Positions 27,900 to 31,370 of a DNA stretch of 31,370 nt are shown piece by piece. Origin of the DNA: a virus (lineage: Duplodnaviria; Caudoviricetes); IMG/VR virus record IMGVR_UViG_3300025018_000394, positions 1-31,370 of that record. One strand, given 5' to 3'. The number at the start of each line of letters is the position of its first letter. Position 1 is the first letter of the stretch. The notes below the pieces were generated by a model that made no database searches, was not told where the DNA came from, and saw nothing but the letters and a program-made list of their open reading frames with translations. Both the position numbers and the translations under genes were made by a program.

Positions 27900-28165
27900 A
27901 CGACTTAAAACAAACCATTCTTTCGAGAAATACTTTAATCCCAATTGGGGTAGCTTTCGGACTGGTGTGTGTTGTTTTTTCGGGAGTAGTCGTAGGGTCT
28001 ATTTGGGTAACCAATATGAACCGCAATGACCAAGAGTACTCAATCCAATTAGAGCTTTTGTCCGCACAGATGACTTTAATGCAAGCGGATATGAACGATG
28101 TCAAAACTCAACTCACGCTTATAAGAGCCGACCTTAATTCACAAGATTTATCTTATGAAAATTAA
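27896..28165 (+). CDS. Membrane protein (one TM plus coiled coil), lysis-associated
   Basis: Hydrophobic segment LIPIGVAFGLVCVVFSGVVVGSIWV followed by a heptad pattern. Confidence 0.7.
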   Translation: MNDLKQTILSRNTLIPIGVAFGLVCVVFSGVVVGSIWVTNMNRNDQEYSIQLELLSAQMTLMQADMNDVKTQLTLIRADLNSQDLSYEN

Positions 28166-28235
28166 AATCAAAGCAAAAGGTAAAAGGAGAGCGTCTAAAA
28201 AACCAGCCTCTAAAAAGAATACAAGATATGTTTGA
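28155..28235 (+). CDS. Putative 26-aa very basic peptide
   Basis: MKIKIKAKGKRRASKKPASKKNTRYV*; bridges both neighbours with short overlaps. Confidence 0.45.
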   Translation: MKIKIKAKGKRRASKKPASKKNTRYV

Positions 28236-29259
28236 TTTTATACAAAATTGGTTCCACCCAAAGGGGTTGCTCCCTGATGATGTAGATTCAAGAGACATCT
28301 ATGTTCATGAGCTTCTTGGTGGTGAAGTAGAATTGCCAAAGAGTTACAGTATCCGTAATTTAGGTTATCGCAATCAAGGGAAATACCCCTTGTGTGTTGC
28401 AATGGCAACTGAAAAAATTATCCATAGAAAATTGGAATCAGATGAATTATCTCAATCACATCTATTTTCAATGGGAGGTGGAGGTAGTGGTGGCTCGTCT
28501 TTTAAGGGGATAATTGAAACAGCTTTGAATATTGGTTTAGTACTCTACCAAAAGATGCCTCTACCAAAAGATGTAACAAAGTTGGAAACTGGTTGGGTCT
28601 CAAAACATTGGGCTGAAGCAGTTAAAATATCATTAGATGACGCTAGAAAAATACCTAACTATGCTCGTGTTCTGGGTAAAAAAGAAGAATTAAAAAAAGC
28701 GGTTGTTCAATATGGTGGCGTCTTAATCGGGGTTTACGCAGGCGGTACTTATTACAACGATAGACCGATCAGATACAAAGCAGGAAATAATCACGCTGTC
28801 GTCCTTACTGGTTGGGACGAAAACGACGATTGGGAAATAAATGATAGTCTTAGTTATGCTAAACTAACGAACGGGTATAGATTCCTTTCAAAGGATTACG
28901 ATATTGCTGGAGGGATAGTCGTGCTTGATTTGCCCGAAGATTGGCGTGAGCAAAGAGATGAAGCCAGAAAAGAGGACAATGGAAAGTTTGAGTTCTGCCT
29001 GAATCATTATGGTATGCCTCGTAAACTTTTTAGCAAGACAGGCGAACAAGGAATAGCCGAGCAGATGAATAAAGAGTTTAAGAAGTTTAACAACCAAAGT
29101 GTTTTAGAAGCGGCAGGATTATTCTGGACAATCTACATAAATGCTGTCGTCTATGGGGGGTATAGTTTCACCGATGTAATAAATGATTGTTATAACTGGC
29201 GAAGAACAGGTAAACATATTTTCAACTTTAATCTTTTTAGAATCGATTATAAAAAATAA
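28228..29259 (+). CDS. Papain-like (C1-type) cysteine peptidase, candidate endolysin
   Basis: LPKSYS..NQGKYPLCVA (Gln/Cys), ELSQ..L, NHAVVLTGW (His), W.I.DS; lies between two membrane genes. Confidence 0.8.
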   Translation: MFDFIQNWFHPKGLLPDDVDSRDIYVHELLGGEVELPKSYSIRNLGYRNQGKYPLCVAMATEKIIHRKLESDELSQSHLFSMGGGGSGGSSFKGIIETALNIGLVLYQKMPLPKDVTKLETGWVSKHWAEAVKISLDDARKIPNYARVLGKKEELKKAVVQYGGVLIGVYAGGTYYNDRPIRYKAGNNHAVVLTGWDENDDWEINDSLSYAKLTNGYRFLSKDYDIAGGIVVLDLPEDWREQRDEARKEDNGKFEFCLNHYGMPRKLFSKTGEQGIAEQMNKEFKKFNNQSVLEAAGLFWTIYINAVVYGGYSFTDVINDCYNWRRTGKHIFNFNLFRIDYKK

Positions 29260-29274
29260 TTAACCAAATCTAAT

Positions 29275-29484
29275 ATGACAACAAAATCAGGAAGTGGTGA
29301 GATGAACAAACTAGACTGGAACAAAGTGTTAAAGGTCTTCATCTGGACACTCTCATCAGCAATTCTAGCAGGTCTTATCGCAGTCGTTGAAAGCGGTGAG
29401 TTACCAGAACAAGTTTTAATCTATGTCCCAATCATCAATACTTTCCTTTATGGAATGTATCGGTGGATTCAAGACAACAAATAA
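29275..29484 (+). CDS. Holin-like two-TM protein
   Basis: 69 aa with two hydrophobic helices, directly after the peptidase. Confidence 0.65.
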   Translation: MTTKSGSGEMNKLDWNKVLKVFIWTLSSAILAGLIAVVESGELPEQVLIYVPIINTFLYGMYRWIQDNK

Positions 29485-29703
29485 TTCACTAAACACAATT
29501 TTATGCCAACATTTAATTATGTCCAACCGACCGATGAACAAAAAGAATTGATGGAGAAGTTTCGTAATGAATATACTGAACTTTACAATAAGTTAGGAGA
29601 GCTTGAGCTAGGTAGGGGACTATCATTAGCTAAAACTAAACTTGAGGAAAGTGCTTTTTGGCTGAACAAATCAATAACAAAAAATGATTAAATAATTCAC
29701 TAA
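29479..29703 (+). repeat. 14-bp direct repeat flanking the Acb2/Tad1-like gene
   Basis: AAATAATTCACTAA at 29479-29492 and 29690-29703; a 12/14 copy lies at 29254-29267. Confidence 0.7.
29503..29691 (+). CDS. Acb2/Tad1-like helical-hairpin protein (candidate cyclic-nucleotide sponge)
   Basis: F.Y..PT.EQ...R.LSLAKTKLEES.FWLNK.I pattern; 62 aa. Confidence 0.7.
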   Translation: MPTFNYVQPTDEQKELMEKFRNEYTELYNKLGELELGRGLSLAKTKLEESAFWLNKSITKND

Positions 29704-29712
29704 TCAATATCT

Positions 29713-29805
29713 ATGGAAGACGAAACAATTCCTGAAGAAGTTACCGAAGAGGTAACAGAGGAAGTTGCAGAAGAGACCGAGGAAGAGACAGAGGAAGTTG
29801 TTTAA
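29713..29805 (+). CDS. 30-aa hyper-acidic peptide
   Basis: MEDETIPEEVTEEVTEEVAEETEEETEEVV*; third-codon positions vary across the repeats. Confidence 0.65.
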   Translation: MEDETIPEEVTEEVTEEVAEETEEETEEVV

Positions 29806-29817
29806 TGCTTCAGACGC

Positions 29818-29845
29818 AAAAAAACAGGGTTTCTAGCCCTGTTTT
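29818..29845. terminator. Bidirectional intrinsic terminator between convergent gene blocks
   Basis: AAAACAGGG-TTTCTAG-CCCTGTTTT with A and T runs on both sides. Confidence 0.7.
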
Positions 29846-30003
29846 ATGCTTTCTGGTATCAATCTACCTCTTTTGTTTATAAAAGGCTTAAAAGGGCGTT
29901 TTTCAAAACATTCATAGCAACTAAACATATCATCGCTCTCGCCCTCGTACTTATACTCCGCTTGGGGTTTTCTTATTGTCTTTTTACAAACTCTACATTT
30001 CAT
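29833..30003 (-). CDS. 56-aa Zn-finger protein
   Basis: MKCRVCKK...FSCYECF. Confidence 0.6.
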   Translation of the reverse strand: MKCRVCKKTIRKPQAEYKYEGESDDMFSCYECFEKRPFKPFINKRGRLIPESIKQG

Positions 30004-30082
30004 AAAAGAAATTAACTATTAAAAATACATAGTAACTTATGAACAGGACAAGCAGTAGAAATATGTATGGCGCTGGGTTCAT
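29993..30082 (-). CDS. 29-aa membrane peptide
   Basis: MNPAPYIFLLLVLFISYYVFLIVNFFYEM*; ATGA-coupled to the upstream ORF. Confidence 0.45.
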   Translation of the reverse strand: MNPAPYIFLLLVLFISYYVFLIVNFFYEM

Positions 30083-30258
30083 TTTGTAGGCTCATCTAGC
30101 CAGAAATTAACAAAGCTATCTAACTTACAGGCAAGGTCAAAGACTTCGCAGGACGAACAATTAAAGGCGTATTCCTTACAGACACCGTATTCTTTTGAGT
30201 ACTCCAACAGTATCTCGGAGGCTTCTTGTAGGGTTTTGAATTGTGCTTTGGTTAGCAT
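30079..30258 (-). CDS. 59-aa hypothetical protein containing CxxC
   Basis: MLTKAQFKTLQEASEILL...CKEYAFNCSSC... Confidence 0.55.
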   Translation of the reverse strand: MLTKAQFKTLQEASEILLEYSKEYGVCKEYAFNCSSCEVFDLACKLDSFVNFWLDEPTK

Positions 30259-30276
30259 AACCTTATTTTTCAGTAT

Positions 30277-30442
30277 TTAGTTGTCAAGTAGATTGTCAAG
30301 GATTATCTCTACTTCGTCTTCGTCGTAGGTATCTACATATGGTGAGGGTTTATTTTCGACGATATACTGATAGGCTCGTTTCCTTGGATAATCCATTCTC
30401 GCCTGTTTTCTTGATTTTAATTTTGCATTTGAAGTTGCTCAT
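30277..30442 (-). pseudogene. Two short out-of-frame ORFs, possibly one disrupted gene
   Basis: ATG 30442 gives MSNFKCKIKIKKTGE...; a second frame from 30396 gives MDYPRKRAYQY...YDEDEVEIILDNLLDN*. Confidence 0.3.
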
Positions 30443-30449
30443 AAAATGG

Positions 30450-30474
30450 ACTGGCTTTTTAGGGGGAAGCCAGT
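30450..30474 (-). terminator. Hairpin closing the GC-richer leftward cassette
   Basis: ACTGGCTT-loop-AAGCCAGT just after the stop at 30482. Confidence 0.45.
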
Positions 30475-30481
30475 AAAACCC

Positions 30482-30733
30482 TTATCGTCCCTGCACGAAC
30501 ATCGCCAGTTGGCGATCGTTGTGCGAGTGAATGTCAGTCTTGTGTCCGACGACATAGCAAACGAAGATGTATTCGTGTTCCTGCTTAGCAAGATAAACCT
30601 CGCTATTACAGACAGTACAGAGAACATTTTTGAAGCCACAGCTCTCGCACAGCCACAGGTTTACTTTACCCGTGGCGATGAGCGTAAGCCGTTCTCCGTG
30701 GCAGTTTTTACATCTCGGCATGGCAATCTCCAT
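30482..30733 (-). CDS. Double Zn-ribbon-like protein
   Basis: CKNC..CESC..CTVC..C...H; alternative start at 30721. Confidence 0.65.
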   Translation of the reverse strand: MEIAMPRCKNCHGERLTLIATGKVNLWLCESCGFKNVLCTVCNSEVYLAKQEHEYIFVCYVVGHKTDIHSHNDRQLAMFVQGR

Positions 30734-30827
30734 AGACGATGATGATAGTTACCACCACCACAAACAGGATCACGAAAGCCTGTACGGGCAGAGGGAAGTT
30801 TGAGAATTGACTACAACCATTGCACAT
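30708..30827 (-). CDS. 39-aa membrane peptide
   Basis: MCNGC...AFVILFVVVVTIIIVY; its ATG overlaps the upstream TGA. Confidence 0.45.
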   Translation of the reverse strand: MCNGCSQFSNFPLPVQAFVILFVVVVTIIIVYGDCHAEM

Positions 30828-31006
30828 CACATGACCTTCGGAGGATTGAGACGACGGAGGATTGCATCCAGCGTCTGCACGACGAGGCGTGCGGAGCAAT
30901 GGACGCAGAAGATGCTCTGGAACACGCCATTCTGACCTGCGGTAACGCAGATGAAGCGTGAGAAGTCGGTCATCTGACCGCATTTGGTGCATTTTACCTT
31001 TGTCAT
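30827..31006 (-). CDS. 59-aa Zn-finger protein
   Basis: MTKVKCTKCGQ...IFCVHCS...; ATGA-coupled to the upstream gene. Confidence 0.6.
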   Translation of the reverse strand: MTKVKCTKCGQMTDFSRFICVTAGQNGVFQSIFCVHCSARLVVQTLDAILRRLNPPKVM

Positions 31007-31197
31007 TTGACCTCCACAACGACGATGTTTCTTTTGACGACACCCTCGACGATGTAGCGAGCGTTGACCAGCTTGTGGTCGTTACAGACCACGCACGCTC
31101 CCCCTACGATGAGAAATCCATCAGTAGTGAACGCTGAAAAGGTGATGACGACGATACTGTGGCAATCACAGCATACAAGGTTACGAATTTTATCCAT
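31003..31197 (-). CDS. 64-aa Zn-ribbon protein
   Basis: CCDC...CVVC; SD-like GGGGAGG 6 nt before ATG 31197. Confidence 0.65.
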   Translation of the reverse strand: MDKIRNLVCCDCHSIVVITFSAFTTDGFLIVGGACVVCNDHKLVNARYIVEGVVKRNIVVVEVK

Positions 31198-31201
31198 TGT
31201 T

Positions 31202-31274
31202 GCCTCCCCACCCCCGAACACTAGGTTCAGGGGAAATTGTTCCTGTCCCAGCTACTGCTGGGGGGCGGAGAGGC
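31202..31274 (-). ncRNA. GC-rich multi-stem leader RNA that sequesters the ribosome-binding site
   Basis: Closing stem GCCUCUCCGCCC/GGGUGGGGAGGC encloses CCCAGC-AGUA-GCUGGG, CAGG-10 nt-CCUG and GAAC-CUAGU-GUUC. Confidence 0.55.
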
Positions 31275-31281
31275 TGGTTAT

Positions 31282-31290
31282 ATTATAGCA
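31282..31290 (-). promoter_or_regulatory. Extended -10 promoter
   Basis: TGCTATAAT on the minus strand, ending 7 nt before the structured leader. Confidence 0.65.
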
Positions 31291-31370
31291 AATTATTCAG
31301 TTAATTTTTAGTTCCAATAATCCATTATCAGTAAACAAATCCAGTAGCTCCATAGTGTCTGATTTCTCCC

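Larger units (their letters stand above)
1..31370. mobile_element. Tailed phage or prophage segment with podovirus-like morphogenesis module
   Basis: Gene order terS-terL-portal-scaffold-MCP-adaptor-nozzle-fibre-ejection proteins-lysis. No tape-measure, sheath or tail-tube gene was recognised and there are no host housekeeping genes. Confidence 0.95.

Noticed and set aside
30446-30742. 98-aa + strand ORF, and 31064-31288 (+)
   Set aside because: Both are antisense shadows of the coupled minus-strand CxxC genes, which have a promoter and RBS.
30708-31043. 111-aa minus-strand ORF as a single gene
   Set aside because: Its 5' part overlaps the better 59-aa Zn-finger frame (30827-31006); only the last 39 codons look coding.
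1-31370. Stop-codon reassignment (code 15 or 25), as seen in some phages
   Set aside because: Genes are full-length in code 11, and TAG, TGA and TAA all end genes at or overlapping the next start.
1-31370. CRISPR array, tRNA genes, integrase/att site, or DGR/retron reverse transcriptase
   Set aside because: No repeat-spacer periodicity, tRNA consensus, recombinase motif or RT motif was seen by eye.

Overview
The window is the late half of a tailed, podovirus-like bacteriophage read in standard code 11. The + strand carries, in order: (i) a small cassette with a structured leader RNA, an LmbU-like/MT-A70 adenine methyltransferase and a PD-(D/E)XK nuclease; (ii) an eight-gene glyco-/phospho-modification cluster (two SAM methyltransferases, a HAD-like protein, three GT2/GT-A glycosyltransferases, a TagD-like cytidylyltransferase and a LicD/fukutin phosphotransferase); (iii) TerS, a free-standing HNH endonuclease, TerL, portal, scaffold and a DUF5309-like major capsid protein; (iv) a 770-aa GT2-TPR-GT4 double glycosyltransferase inside the head module; (v) adaptor, nozzle, tail fibres and ejection proteins, one with an M23 peptidase; (vi) a lysis region with a papain-like peptidase and a holin, then an Acb2/Tad1-like protein and a very acidic peptide. 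Small minus-strand genes, many with CxxC pairs, lie at both ends. The best candidate for an undescribed system is a phage pathway that builds a methylated, phosphodiester-linked glycan on virion proteins. Sigma70-type promoters combined with almost no Shine-Dalgarno sites and a near-invariant U at -1 point to a Patescibacteria/CPR-like host (inference). All protein calls come from recognising motifs by eye; no database searches were run.
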